Both the position numbers and the translations under genes were made by a program. A stretch of DNA of 64,000 nucleotides from Marsupella aquatica (taxonomy: Eukaryota; Plantae; Marchantiophyta): positions 12,301,559 to 12,365,558 of the forward strand of contig OZ316898.1 in assembly GCA_973895155.1 (NCBI GenBank), given 5' to 3'. A model generated the notes under the pieces. That model worked only from the letters and a program-made list of their open reading frames with translations. It was not told the DNA's origin and searched no databases. The first letter of the stretch is position 1. Every line of letters begins with the position of its first letter. This document shows, piece by piece, positions 1 to 12,446 of the stretch.

Positions 1-535
1 GCGCAAAATGGGGATAGTGAGTGATGGACTAAACTTTAGAAAGTCATAACTCTCTCAATTCTTTGTGAATGTTAGTAATATTAGACTTGTTGGAATCTCT
101 TTCCAAGGTTCTTCTAATGAGCCCAAGAAGAGCTGATTCAGTTTAATATCAAGTGAAATTTTGCTGTCAAACATGTTCTGGAAACAAGAAGGGTGTCAAA
201 GAGTGAAAGTGTCAAAGTGTCTCAAACCATTGGGTGTTGCATAGTTAGTGGGCACAGTCCATGGAAGCATCAATTTAAAAAAAAAGGAGCAAGTTTTATT
301 ACTTGTCTCTTAGCAAAAACAGGAAATTTTGACCTGCATGAAATTGGGGTTTGTAGTCAAGTCAAGAAAGGAGAAAAAGAATTAAAAAAATTAGGAGGAA
401 CCAGAATCTTTCAAAGATACAAGTAAATCACATGTTTTTATATGAAGTACTATGGGCAACCAGAGTACTATCATGTATACGAAAATCTTCAATTGCTGGA
501 TTTATTGATTACTAGCTCAATACCCGTGCATTGCA

Positions 536-1865
536 CAAAAGATGTCGTGACGGCCAAGATGTCATTGAGAACAAAAGAGGTCATGTCGGCCAAGAGGTTG
601 TTGAGAAGAAAGATGTTGTGTCGCCCAAGAAATTTTTGAGAACAAAAGATGTCGTGTCGGCAAGATGTTGATGATAAACAAAATATGTCGTGTCGGCCAA
701 GCTGTCGTTGAGAACAAAAGATGTCGTATCGACTAAGATGTCATGTCGGCCAAGATTTGGTTGAGAAAAAAGATGTCGTGTCGACCAAGAGGTTGTTGAG
801 AAAAAAGTTGTATTGGCCAAGAGGTCGTTGAGAAAAATGATGTCGTGTTGGCCAAGATCTCATTGATAAAAAAGATGTTGTGTGACCGGCCAAGAAATCA
901 TTGAGATAAAGGATCTTGTGTTGGCAAAGAAGTCGTTGAGAAAAAAGATGTCATGTCGGCCAAGACGTCGTTGAGAGAAAATATGTTGTGTCGGGCAAGA
1001 CATCATTGTGAAAAAAGAGTCGTGTCGGCCAAGACGTCATTGAGAAAACAGATGTCGTGTTGGCCAAGACGTCATTGAGGAAAAATATCAGTGCATTGCA
1101 CAAAAGATGTCGTGTCGCCCAAGATGTTGTTATCTGAAAGATGTCATGAAGTAAAAAGATGTCATTAAGAAAAAAAGAAGTCATTTTTCCAAAGATGTCA
1201 TTATGTGAAAGATGGCGTTAAGAAAAAGGTGTCATTTTGCCAAACTAAGTGATTGTGAAGTAAAAGATGTTATAAATAAAAAAGTGTCGTTTCACCCAAA
1301 TTGTCATTAATATGTGAAAGATGGCTCAATACCCGTGCGTTGCACAAAAGATGTCGTTAAGAAAAAATATGTTGTGTTGCCAAAGATGTTGTCATGAAAA
1401 AAGGTGATGTTGCCAACAATTTTGTTAAGTAAAAACATGTTGTGTTGTCAAAGATTTTTTTAAGAAAAAAGATGTCATGTTGCCAAAGATGTCGTTAAGA
1501 AAAAAGATGTCATGTTGCCAAAGAAGTTGTTAATATGTGAAAGATGTTGTGAAGTAAAAAGATGTCATTAAGAACTATGATGTCGTGATGCCAAAGGTGT
1601 CGTGAAGAAAAAATGTTCTTATGTGAAAAATGTTGTGAAGTAAAAGATGTCAATGCACCAAAGATGTCTTTATGTCCAAGATGTTGTCAGGTAAAAGATG
1701 ATGTTTTACGAAAGATGTTATTAAGTATTTGTTTGTTAAGTACAAAATGGTCGATAAGTAAAGGGATGTCATTAGACAAAGATGTAAGTTGTGAAGTAAA
1801 AGATGTTCTTAAGTACAATTGAAAATATTGCTAGTAAACCATGTTAAGTAAAAAAAGTTGTTAAG
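536..1865. repeat. Degenerate minisatellite (~39-40 bp unit made of ~20-bp AAGATGTCGT-containing halves) inside Helitron 1
   Basis: Many copies of AAAAGATGTCGTGTCGGCCAAGAYGTCGTTGAGA, grading into AAAGATGTCGTTAAGAAAAAAGATGTCATGTTGCC variants. The short ORFs here (TTSW/DTTSF repeats) are artefacts of the repeat. Confidence 0.9.
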
Positions 1866-1879
1866 TTGTTGCCACTTTT

Positions 1880-2440
1880 TTGCCACCCCTTGCATCCTGA
1901 AGCCCCATTGATAACCCCAAAGTTTTTGTTACTTTAAGCTTTTTACTTAAAATTACCATGGCTGCTTACTTGGCTTTGGCCGCCCGAATGCCAAGCGGGA
2001 TGCCAAGACCCCTTGGGATAATAGCACGGCTTGGATGACTTTTCAACAACTCTTCACTACCCCTTGCATCTTAGAACCCCATTGGGCCCAAAGTTTTGGC
2101 TACCTTAGAGTTCTTACTTAAAGTCGCCGCAATAGCTTAATTGGCATTGGCCGCCCCAATGTCAAGACCCCCTCGGGTAACGGAGCAGCTTGGCTGACTT
2201 TTCAACAGCCCTTTCTCTACCCTTGCATATATCTTGGAACCCCATCAGTAACCCCGATTTTTTTGGTTACTTTAAGCTTAGTTTCCTTAAAGTTGACCGT
2301 GGCCGCTTACTTGGCTGTGGCCGCCCCAATGCCAATTCCCCTTGGGGCAACGGCACGACTCAGCCCACTTTTCAACAAAACAATTTGCCCTACCCCTTGC
2401 ATGGAACCCCTTTGGTAACCTCATCCAAGTTTACTCGGCT
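1880..2440. repeat. ~160-175 bp tandem repeat, ~3.3 copies, inside Helitron 1
   Basis: CCCTTGCAT...CCCC...TTACTTTAAGCTT...GCTTACTTGGC..TGGCCGCCC.AATG.CAA...ACTTTTCAACA recurs from ~1887, ~2061, ~2220 and ~2394. Confidence 0.75.
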
Positions 2441-3809
2441 CCTTACTCGCCAATACCATGCCCCCCTGGGGTGGTGGTGTGGTTTGCATCACTTTCCAAC
2501 ATTGGAGGACCTGCCACCCCCGGACCAACTTTGGTCCAGATATTTTGGCCCCCACCCCATGCCTCTTCCTGTGCTAAACAAAGTGGCAAGACATAACAAC
2601 AACTGAGGGGTTGTTGGGGAGTTGGAACCCGGGGCAAGATTGAGTTAGGTTGGGGATGGGACCTTGGGGTCTCGGGTTTCATTCCACCCCGGGATGTTGG
2701 GTCTAGCATTTTTTACAACATTATTTTTTTGTTTTTGGCCAGTGTGACAAATGTCAGCCTCTCAAAGGAAGGAAATGCTAGGAGTATTCTTCAACAATTT
2801 TTCTTGAATTATATCTTCTTCATCAGATATCCCTAGATTGACGTACAACGGTTAGATTTTGGCAAATGGGGTCCATGATTTGGTGGGAGAGTGGCCAATG
2901 GTATGCAAAGAATCTAGGAATTTTTTGGCAAAAGTAACGGAAAAAGTGGTGAACATATTTTGGGGAGGTGGAATTTGGCAAAAGTTTGCACCTAAAAACT
3001 ACGTTGTTTGGATGAGGCCGGGGCCAGGGTAGTCTCAGGAGTCATCATCCCTTCCTCTTCACTCTCCCTCATCGCTCTCCCTCTTCTAGCTATTGGGTAA
3101 TGGGTATTGCTCCTCTTCACACTCCCTCTTCTTGCCATTGGGTAGTTGTTGTTGCTTAAAAGTACTCATTAAATGCCTGGAGCCCTTATAAGCTCACATA
3201 GGCTTGGAATAGCGAGCTCCAAACTCCAAAAGGAAAGAAGCTACGCTCTTCCCTCTCTCTTAAAAGTTGTACTCTGATGGTACAATTGTACCTCCTTTTA
3301 TAGGACCTCTATCCCCTTTGTACCTTGTACCTGGGGCTCCTAAGAGTAATGAGCTCATATGTTGTACCTGAAGGTACAATAGTACCTGTCTTGTGCATCT
3401 TTGTGTACTTGTTTTGTGCACACCAAGCCCTATACCAGGTTTCCTCACGTTCCTTTTTTTTCCCCAATTGGTTCCATATTTACAGGTTTCAATTATTCTC
3501 ACCCAAAAGGACACTCCAAATTTGAATGACGACCACGCCATTTTTTGGCGCAACTGTGTATTATAGTTTAGGATGGTCAGCAAGCTATACAAGCTGCTAG
3601 ATACATTGGTCAAGGTTTTATTGTTACATTGGATCAACTCTGTGGCAGGGAAATGTAGCACAGTTTAATGAATCTTCAACCTATTTAATGGGTTCCTTTC
3701 AGTTCTTTTAACCTATGGGACTTAAACAGTGGTAAGTATAATTTGCGAGAAAACAAATATAAATCCATTTAGTTAATCTATAATGTCCCAAGTATCCAAT
3801 GGTTCATTT

Positions 3810-4280
3810 TTTGTTTGGGGCCCCAGCCAGTAGTTGCTTACTACTTAGATGATTTTTCCCCTGGGATTTGTCCACACTCCGTACTTCAGTCTAGAAAACA
3901 GGCAAAGTTAGTTCGCTTGAGAAGCTTTCTACGCAATTTTCTCTTGCCAATGGCAGACGGGATAGGGACTCAACTGAGAACCGGTCGGGTAATGAACCCC
4001 CTGCTGTAACCGTCCATATGGACGGTGGCAGTTGGAGGTGGAAACTTGAAACTCTCGAACAAAACAAAAAATCCGGGAAAATTGTAAACATCTACTCCAT
4101 ATGCACGGACCCGAACTTCTTGATTTCGGCCTATGAACAAATTAAGTCACACACAGGTACTATGATACCAGAGTGGGAGGGCCAGGAAATAGAAAACCTC
4201 TGCCTTCGTCGAGTGGCTCTGGAAAGTATAGATCGTGCGTGGTTTGAAAGAACTGCCGAATTACTTCGAAGTGAACGTGG
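3810..4280 (+). pseudogene. Fragment of an organellar (probably mitochondrial) group II intron reverse transcriptase/maturase ORF (NUMT-like)
   Basis: The translation KKSGKIVNIYSICTDPNFLISAYEQIKSHTGTMIPE...LESIDRAWFERTAELLRSE resembles the RT-0 block of group II intron-encoded proteins (L..AY..IKS.PG.MTPG...LDGI...W......L). The similarity stops before the RRV.IPK motif. The left boundary is approximate. Confidence 0.65.
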
Positions 4281-5444
4281 AAGTATATCCCAAGTTCATC
4301 AATTAGTAGGTAGAGAATCTCATATTTTTGGAACTTTGAAGTATCAATGTCTTCTCAGTAATGCACCATAGTGGGATACTGTATATATGGATCTGGGTTA
4401 TCTACAGCATCTAAAAATAGTTCACATTCTTTAAGAAATCATGATGGTCCTATGAAGGGAAGTGAGTAGGACAACCTACAAGGAAAGTAAACCAACTGTT
4501 CACGTCAGCAAATGAACATCGGACAGGGCTCCTCTTATGGTGCCAGCTGTGGGCTAATTAACTCCTTGTTACCACAACATCATGGGTCATCCTAACTCCT
4601 CAAAACTTGGGTTGAAGCTCTTTTTCGGGGGACATCCTAGCCCACAATTTTTTGGTACATTCTATCCCGCAATGCCCCTGGAAACAGGGCGTTATTATGT
4701 ATAGAAGGAGAAATTTGCACTTTCGTTGTATTTTCTTAATACAAGAGTGCTTGCTGCCAACAATGTCATGCCGATGCAGACAATAGCCCCAATGTCATGT
4801 TCTCCTCCCACATTTTAGATCACCCAAAAACTCGATACTCCTTTGACCAGGGCTGTAGATTTACAGCCGATACTCCTTTGATCATTTTCGAAGCTCATTG
4901 TTCATACATCGGTTGCAAACTGTAAGGTGAAGGCATCATAAATATGGTCGCAAATCCTACCATGTGCCATCTGTTGATCCAATACTATGCAAAGAAGTGT
5001 TCTTCAGCAGCAGTCTAAAATGTAGCCGACATGGACTTGTTTGAAATTTCCAACTTGAATCTGGCAGCTTCAACCTGAGGACAAAAGTACCTCTCTAAAA
5101 CTTTTACTGATGAGGCCAACTCCCCATCAACTACTTTTAACATCAATATGCTATTCTAGAACAATGAATCAGATGCATTGTAGCCTCGTTAGATCTCCCA
5201 AGCAGAGGGCATGTACTGCCAATCATTGATACTTTGAATCAACGACATTTACAGCCAATGATTGAAACCCTCACTACAATTCCCCAGATACGGTCATTGC
5301 AGTAGTACGGGAGTAGGGTTGATTTTGAGCCCATCTACAACATTTTTTATAGGCAATCCTAATCCACTGAGAACATGGTATAGGGGGCAAAAATGACCAC
5401 TTAAATACATAACCCTGGTTCCGTCCGGGACATCTGATATGAAA

Positions 5445-8310
5445 TCAGTCCCAGGCATCAAAGTATCCAGCATCTTTCATCTCCGAGTAGTACACATCCT
5501 CCATTTGCAAGTCTTCTTCCTGTAACAAACAAAGATAATTGGTCAAATTTGAAACAACACATGTTGATATTCCTTGCTCACATGCGATCGCTGCAGCAGA
5601 CCCTTCACTTCTTTCACAGCATCGACCAACCCTATTGTCAGCTATCCCACTCTGATCTGAGCAATCGCATCGATCTTCTCACAGAGCACTTCTTCTGTCC
5701 TGAGCACTATGTCTCCAGTTCCACAGTACCCCATGGTCGAATCACGCACAAAATCTAATGCCTTTGGCGCTCATTAACTGCCCAAATTCTCAGCATCCTA
5801 GAGCCTCTGTGCCGGCATCTTGGCCCAGCCTATTCCAGAGGAGATAACTACGATGGGCGAGAAACCCCTCGCAACAGCTCAACCACTTACCAAACTCGCA
5901 AACCCTCTACATAATCTTATCTATCCATTTCCCAGCTGCCCTATTTTCGTCACAGTAATTTATGCAAACCTGTGACCTATCCCGATAGTTTCGTTCCCAG
6001 ACATATGTCGAGAGATAACAACGTTGGTTGTCAATTGTCTTTCGGAAAGTGTGACCGAGGACTGCACAGCATTTGACTGAATTCAATTTAAGTTTGATGG
6101 AACGCGAAGTGGGCACATACCCGGAAAAAGTCAGCTAGAAATGTTATGTACAGTAATGGTGGGTAAAACGTATAGTACAAGAAAGTGGTGAGTCCATATA
6201 CACTGCAGTACACATCATCCAGCCCAAGTTAGTTCATCAAATTTCTTGCGAGGCATTTTCAGGAATTTCTCAGTCACGCACTACACAGACTCCTTTCAAT
6301 GGCACAACTCTAGATGTTAAATGGTCAATCAAGCGTAATACCATCGCAACACAAGATACGAAATAGAATTCTCTAACACTTCAGTATACCGGATCATTTG
6401 TGTATCTGTAATCAAATAAAATGCATGTCTCACTCCCACTTACCAGTACCCGAAGTCAGCTCCAAGACCTAACAGGAAACTGCCGATCGCACTGACGATG
6501 TTTAAAACAAACAGTATGAACACATAACGGTAAAAAGATGGTTTCGCTGTTTCACAAAAACAAAAACAAGTCTGAATCAGTCCAACAGTTGGACACCACC
6601 AAAACCAGTTCTGACTGTCAAGCGGACGATGCAACCAGCTGGCAGAGGATGCATTCGCACTCGTTCATACAAGAGGGAGCGAATAACAGGCATTGATACT
6701 GGAAATGTGGAGAAGAGGTATAATTAAATGGAGAATGACTCGTACCAGGTAAATGATCACGCCACCTTGTGTGAGGAAGAACGAGAATCACCACATAAAC
6801 ACAGATAAAGAAAATGGTGTGAACCAACCAGAATCCCCATTTTTGCCAATTTCCAGCATCAGCTTCGTTAACAAGAAGTGGGATATCCATCCCAAAAATA
6901 TAGATTGCCTGTACAGACGCACAAGTGGACATAGGTGCACCAATTTAGCCTATATTTCGTTTGACATGCAAACAGGGGCTGGGGCAACAAAGGAATATGC
7001 AGAAACTTGCAAGCAAAAGCACTGTTTCTCAGAATCTGTCTCTATAGAACTCCAATCGGTTCAACTGAAATAGTGCTTACACATTCAAGTTGTCCAATGC
7101 AAACGCCAAGGCACTATGAACAAGAAAAGCAGTGGCATTTCCATCTGAATAGAACGCTAGGTAGATGTAAGACAAATATCAAATTCATTCCGGCTTATCT
7201 CCACATTCTCACACTCACGGGGCATGGTGTAGAGGGAGGTGACTGAAAGAAATTCAGATCCACCTAATGTGAGGAACCTTGACTATGGCGTCCACTGCAG
7301 CGAAAAGCCCCGAAATCAGTAGTGTCCGCAGAAGGGCATCCCAACCACTGATGAGATAGCCTTGAGACAAGAACACGACTACACTGACTTCCAAGAGCAC
7401 CATGCCGAATCGGGTTACTAGGGACATTGCATTCCAGACAGCTGCATGCGATGATGATTTTGCTTGAGTGATCTACACAACAGTAATGCTGAACGTCAGT
7501 AACGATGGTAGGAACCTCCTCCCGTACTCTCCCGGGCCTTTATCTTTCGACCCAGACACTGGTACGTCGGCCCAAGGACAAATCTGTACCTATACAACCT
7601 GATGGATAAACATCATAAATTAACGACGCCAATCTCCATCCAGAGCAGCGCTCCAGAAGGTTTTGTAACTGCAAGAAAGGGCAACCTGAATTCCGGTAGG
7701 CAGGGGGGTAGAGAAAACTTTTCAATATTCTACGAAAATTAGACCATAATGTAGATCTTGGTTAGGGACTTCATCTTGATTCTCATACCATCCCACGCAG
7801 AAAGGCACCGTCTCCGAAATTTTCCAATAGAGCCCTACACTATGATCCAAAGACGAAAGAAACAAATCCCGCTTTCAAACTGAAGTCTGGACTGCTTAGG
7901 TCAAATATGGAACGCGCGTTCACGTCACTACAATTACCGCCTTAGATGGGAAAGGGAGTGCCTCGGGGAAGGTTAGTGACAGTCTACAGCTGTATTTGAT
8001 AAGTTCCTTTAAGTAGAGAACCACATCCTCCACATTTCAATTGCCCACAAGGAAATTTCTTAAGTATATATTTCCAGAATACAAGAAGGATGATTCATAC
8101 CTCAAGCACACACCAACAAAGATTCAGGATCGCAATGATCCATAAAAACACATAGTACGTTGACATGATGTGAGACTTGCTGTGCGCCAATTTCCGAACA
8201 CTGGATTGCACCCGCGAGGCAAGAAAGAGTATGAATATAAGCGAGGGTAACAACAACAGCACGTGGGCCAGCATAGTGTTTACGCTCACCAGCCCTAAGC
8301 ACTTCCCCAT
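5445..8310 (-). CDS. CAND2: CAND2/PMTR1-like (TPRA1/GPR175 family) seven-transmembrane candidate GPCR, 6 coding exons
   Basis: GT-AG exons with consistent phases: 8310-8101, 7472-7278, 6908-6746, 6546-6444, 6202-6121, 5519-5445. Peptides HIMSTYYVFLWIIAILNLCWC, GMVLLEVSVVVFL, KWGFWLVH, AKPSFYRY, FYPPLLYITFLADFF and the C-terminal EEDLQMEDVYYSEMKDAGYFDAWD* match Arabidopsis CAND2 as I recall it. Confidence 0.92.
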
Positions 8311-9111
8311 GATTGCTGCCCCTCAATCTTCCAATTTGATTTTACAATTTGCTCTCCCGTGCCTCCTTCCTGTTAATTAGGGCACCACGAATCTTATCCC
8401 CGCGTTCAGCTTAAATCTACAAACGTAGTCATCATGTCCCTAAGCTTCAATTCCTCGGCAAGTCCACCCATCCAACAGTGATTGCTCCTACATATCTACT
8501 CGAAAGAACACACATATCGTCCAATTACCACCACCGAGCTCTTCAACGGATCCATCCATCCATCCATCCATCGTTCCTTCCTTCCTTTTGTTCCAGGCCC
8601 TGATCTAAAATCCTCGCGAATTCAAAACCGAAAATCCCTAACGTAGCAGAACCGAAACTTGATCATCCTCAACCCCATCTCATCTCGCCTCGGTAGTTTC
8701 CAGCTTTGCTCGATCTGTCGTGCGCGCCAAGGAAAAAGGTCGCACGGTCTATTAATCCCAACTTCTCGTCGACTGACTCAATTGACGCTATCAGGTGCTC
8801 GACGCGCTCCGCTCTAGCAGAGAATTGCTTCCACTACTCTGAATGAGAAAGATGTTACGACAAAAGGGAATGAGAAAGATGTTACGACAGACGCTATTGT
8901 TGTACAATGTCTACAGTTGACAGCAATAAATTGCAAAGCTAATAAAGACTGTCTCAAACCATCACACATTCTGTACGCACACGCACATGTCGTTCTGTTT
9001 TCTTTGCGTGAGAGATAATTCTTTCGTAAATTTTGACTGTTTATTTCGAAAGCGAGAACTAATAAGGATCACATTCCAAGACGTTATTAAACCACACCTG
9101 AAATGGGTTTG

Positions 9112-9119
<8 letters not shown>

Positions 9120-9142
<23 letters not shown>

Positions 9143-9320
9143 TATCAAAGTGCCAAAAAAGTACAAAGTCACTGGAGAGAGGGTCCCAAAGGCAAAGCAA
9201 CCCAATAAAGGGAAAGAAACAGAAGAGGGGGCGCGGGCTTGAAAAACCTGAGACAGGGTCCCAAAGGAAAGCAACCCAATAAAGGGAAAGAAACAGAAGA
9301 GGGGGGCGGACTTGAAAAAC
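9120..9320. repeat. (TA)n microsatellite followed by a ~75-bp direct repeat x2
   Basis: (TA)~12 at 9121-9145. AGGGTCCCAAAGG.AAAGCAACCCAATAAAGGGAAAGAAACAGAAGAGGGGG...CTTGAAAAAC occurs at ~9180 and ~9256. Confidence 0.85.
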
Positions 9321-11210
9321 CTTTTTTTGGCAAGTGCTCCACCTTTTATGGTGAGACACTATTCACCATAGGATAGGAATGAAGAGTACTGTGGGAGTGA
9401 ATGGAGCACTTTTTTCACCATTACACACACTAGATATATTGTCCTTGGGGATTATAGGTTGGAGGGAGAGCATTCTCTCCCTCATTTTTCACATGTACTT
9501 TTTCATGAGCTATGGATCCTTTGAACTTCTCCATTGTGGTGTCTTGTTGGTGTAATGTGAGATTGAGTGCTTTCATGTTCCGCATTACTATCTAGTCCGG
9601 AACCAAGAGTTTCTTACATTTATGACCCCCAAGGTCTTGTAAAGCCCAGTACTTAAGCCTAGTGCACAGGACTTGCTATAGGGGTCCAAAATAATAATTA
9701 AAATCTGTTTGGCCTTTGAATGATTAATGCCTGTTACAAGGGCAATATGGTCAATATTAGCCCCTCAAAACATGAACTAACACCTCATGTTGGGGGCACT
9801 GTGGCCGACAATGCCCTGCATTATTACATAGTAATCGTTGCCAAACCTGCTGCCACATAGGGTGGTTGTGTAGGTATAACCAATCTTCTCCAAGGGGTTA
9901 TGGACTGTGATCGGTGAGAGTAGTCAGCCCAGGGGGCGGGGGTTTACAGGTCATGTCCCCCTAAGAGAGGATTGTTAACTTGAGTAGAGTGAATAAAATA
10001 AAACTACGTTTGGGAGGAGTCACGGTCCTGATGCACATTACTGTTTTTAACAGAAAGGCCCACAGCCGAAAGCTTTACTAAAAGTCAACAAGCGAGTCAA
10101 CGGCAGAAAAGATTTTAATAACAAGCCACGGGACCAAAGAGGTTCAAGGAAAACAAGTTATAGCACAAGCCAAACAGAAATAGTTCAACAAGTAAATTTA
10201 GATTAGGGAATCCCTGGTCCATGATACTGGGTGGGTTATAGCCGGTATCCAATAATGGAAATACATGGGAAGATTCACAAGGAGAGATTACCAGTTTCAT
10301 GAACTTTTTTAGCAATGTAAAGAAAATGACATATTTATTGAGAACTAATGAGTACAGTGTTGCCTCTGCATTGCACACAAGATATCAAGGTGAGACAAAG
10401 AAATGTAGGCAAGACATGGAAGTTATCAAGGATCTTATGTGCCGTTGCCACTACTGTGTCATCACAGTCACACCAGTGAATGCCCATGTGTTGCGGTTAT
10501 GGTGTCATTAAGGTCATGCATCAACGCCTGTGTGTTGCACAATTGTCATTGCAACCATGTTTTTTGGCAGTCCAACACAAGCTGCCTGCTGTACTCACAA
10601 GGTCCCTGTTGCACTTGAGCAATGTGCTTGCATCTCTAGCATTCCCCAACCTCTATGATTTTGACAGTACCTCGACTGTTTCTCGTAGTGTTCTGAGTTT
10701 TGACCTGCATGACAGTACAACCTATGAGTGGTGCCTTGCACCGAACTCCAACCTCCCACCAATTTTCAAACCTGACGGACAGGAACGGAAACCTGTTGTC
10801 GACATTGTGCCAGAACATGAACCAGCATCCATAACCCAAACAGGCAAGGTGCATCAGAAGCAACAACAAGCAGCTTATGTATATGGTAATGACTGTTTGG
10901 TCTGGGGTTACTAGCCTGTAACCTTGTGACCAAAAAGTGAGTAAATGTTGACCGGCAGCCGCCAGAAAAGTTTTTTGAACTTTGTGGGAACAAGTTTCAG
11001 ACTAGAATCCTAACCCAAATAGTCATTATCATATGTAATACTTGTGTGGAAAAAGATTACCAGATAAACTTTAGGGGCACAAGGTTGTGGAAATGGTAGC
11101 ACCTAGTAGAAAGGGTTACACACCTTTCTTCCTAACAGGAATTACAGTGTGCCACAAGCACCATAGGCCATTTTACCCAGCATAGATTCAATGCAGTCAT
11201 CTTTTCTCAA

Positions 11211-11335
11211 GCTTACTCTAAAACGTGGAATGTGTGCTGGGCACCAGGATTGGCTTATTCTAAAACGTGGAATCTGTGCTGGGCACCAGGATTGGCTTAC
11301 TCTAAACCGTGGAATGCGTGCTGGGCACCAGGATT
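11211..11335. repeat. 42-bp tandem repeat x3
   Basis: GCTTACTCTAAAACGTGGAATGTGTGCTGGGCACCAGGATTG at 11211, 11253 and 11295, with about 2 mismatches each. Confidence 0.9.
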
Positions 11336-12446
11336 TTTTGAATTATTCCTTTATTTGCTTTTTTTGTTGCTTAAAGGAAAACCTCACTTCACTTGGCAAC
11401 AGAGCTTCGATGGTAACTCGGAGACACTTAAAAGACGAAAGGCTTTGTGTGCAAAGTAAATTCAACTCCAGCAACCAGAGCTAAACTCCTGGATAGTCTA
11501 GTTATCTGGATGTAACTGTTGCTGCTTCTCCATGAGCCCTGAACAATAGCTTTTCAATCCAGGATGCAATTTTTCAACATTCAACCACAGCACCCAAGCA
11601 CAATGTTTGATAGAAGATGATAGAGATTTCAAACCTTCAAGTTTCAAATTCCATCAGTGTCAAGGACCACCTCGACTGCTGGTTTTTAGATTTGGCAATG
11701 AAAAGTTTTTAGAGGCTGTATCGACCCATTCATTAGAATTATATGGAACTAGCCTAGTGCCTGTGCAATAATAAACGATGTTGACTTGAAGCGCTGTGGA
11801 GCATAAGTGACACCGTCATTCAATCAGACGTGACAAGAGTCTACAAATCAACCTCACAATTGGATTTCAAAGAATGTGTGAATTGTGGGGAGAGTGACAA
11901 GTTGGACATGAAACAGATGCAGTAGCATATATAGACCCATCTCATTATTGTGAAATATGTCGCCATAATAAGAAAGCCAGAAAAAGCTTTGTGCCAAAAT
12001 GACATTTCACAATCAAATGAAGAGTAACATCGTATATTGTATTGAAATACTAGCATCAACACAAATTCTCTCATGACCCTGGTTTCGGCCATGGCCAGGG
12101 CTGTGAACTCCCTTAACTCTCTATCTGCTCAAGCAGATTTTCCGGCGATTTAGAGCATGAGGGGAAAGCACATCCTAAAGCCCTTCGAATCCCGATCAGT
12201 TCAACTGAGGTTGAACCCGAATCCCAATTTGGCCGCAATAAGGAACTGTAATAGTGTTGAATGTTCAGAATGAAGACACGTTCCCCAAAATCAACCGATT
12301 TTTTTCAATTGATGGCTGTAGACCACATTTCGGTCCCTGCGCACCATCGTATAGACTCCTGAACATCAGGTTACATGAATTTGGCCATCGCTGGCAAATA
12401 AAGTGAGTGCATGCGGTACGGAAGCCATGAAAACTTACACTACTAG

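Larger units (their letters stand above)
512..3573 (-). mobile_element. Non-autonomous Helitron (copy 1, ~3.06 kb)
   Basis: On the - strand it starts A|TCCTAAACTATAATAC (T=3573) and ends GTGCAATGCACGGGTATTGAGCTAG|T (CTAG=512-515). This gives a 5'-TC, a subterminal GTGCA-A-TGCAC hairpin, a 3'-CTAG, insertion between A and T, and no TSD. Both termini recur in inverted form at 27538 and 29598. No Rep/helicase ORF. Confidence 0.8.

Noticed and set aside
536-1865. CRISPR-like array of ~40-bp periodicity
   Set aside because: The units are contiguous degenerate tandem repeats without unique spacers, there are no cas genes, and the context is eukaryotic.
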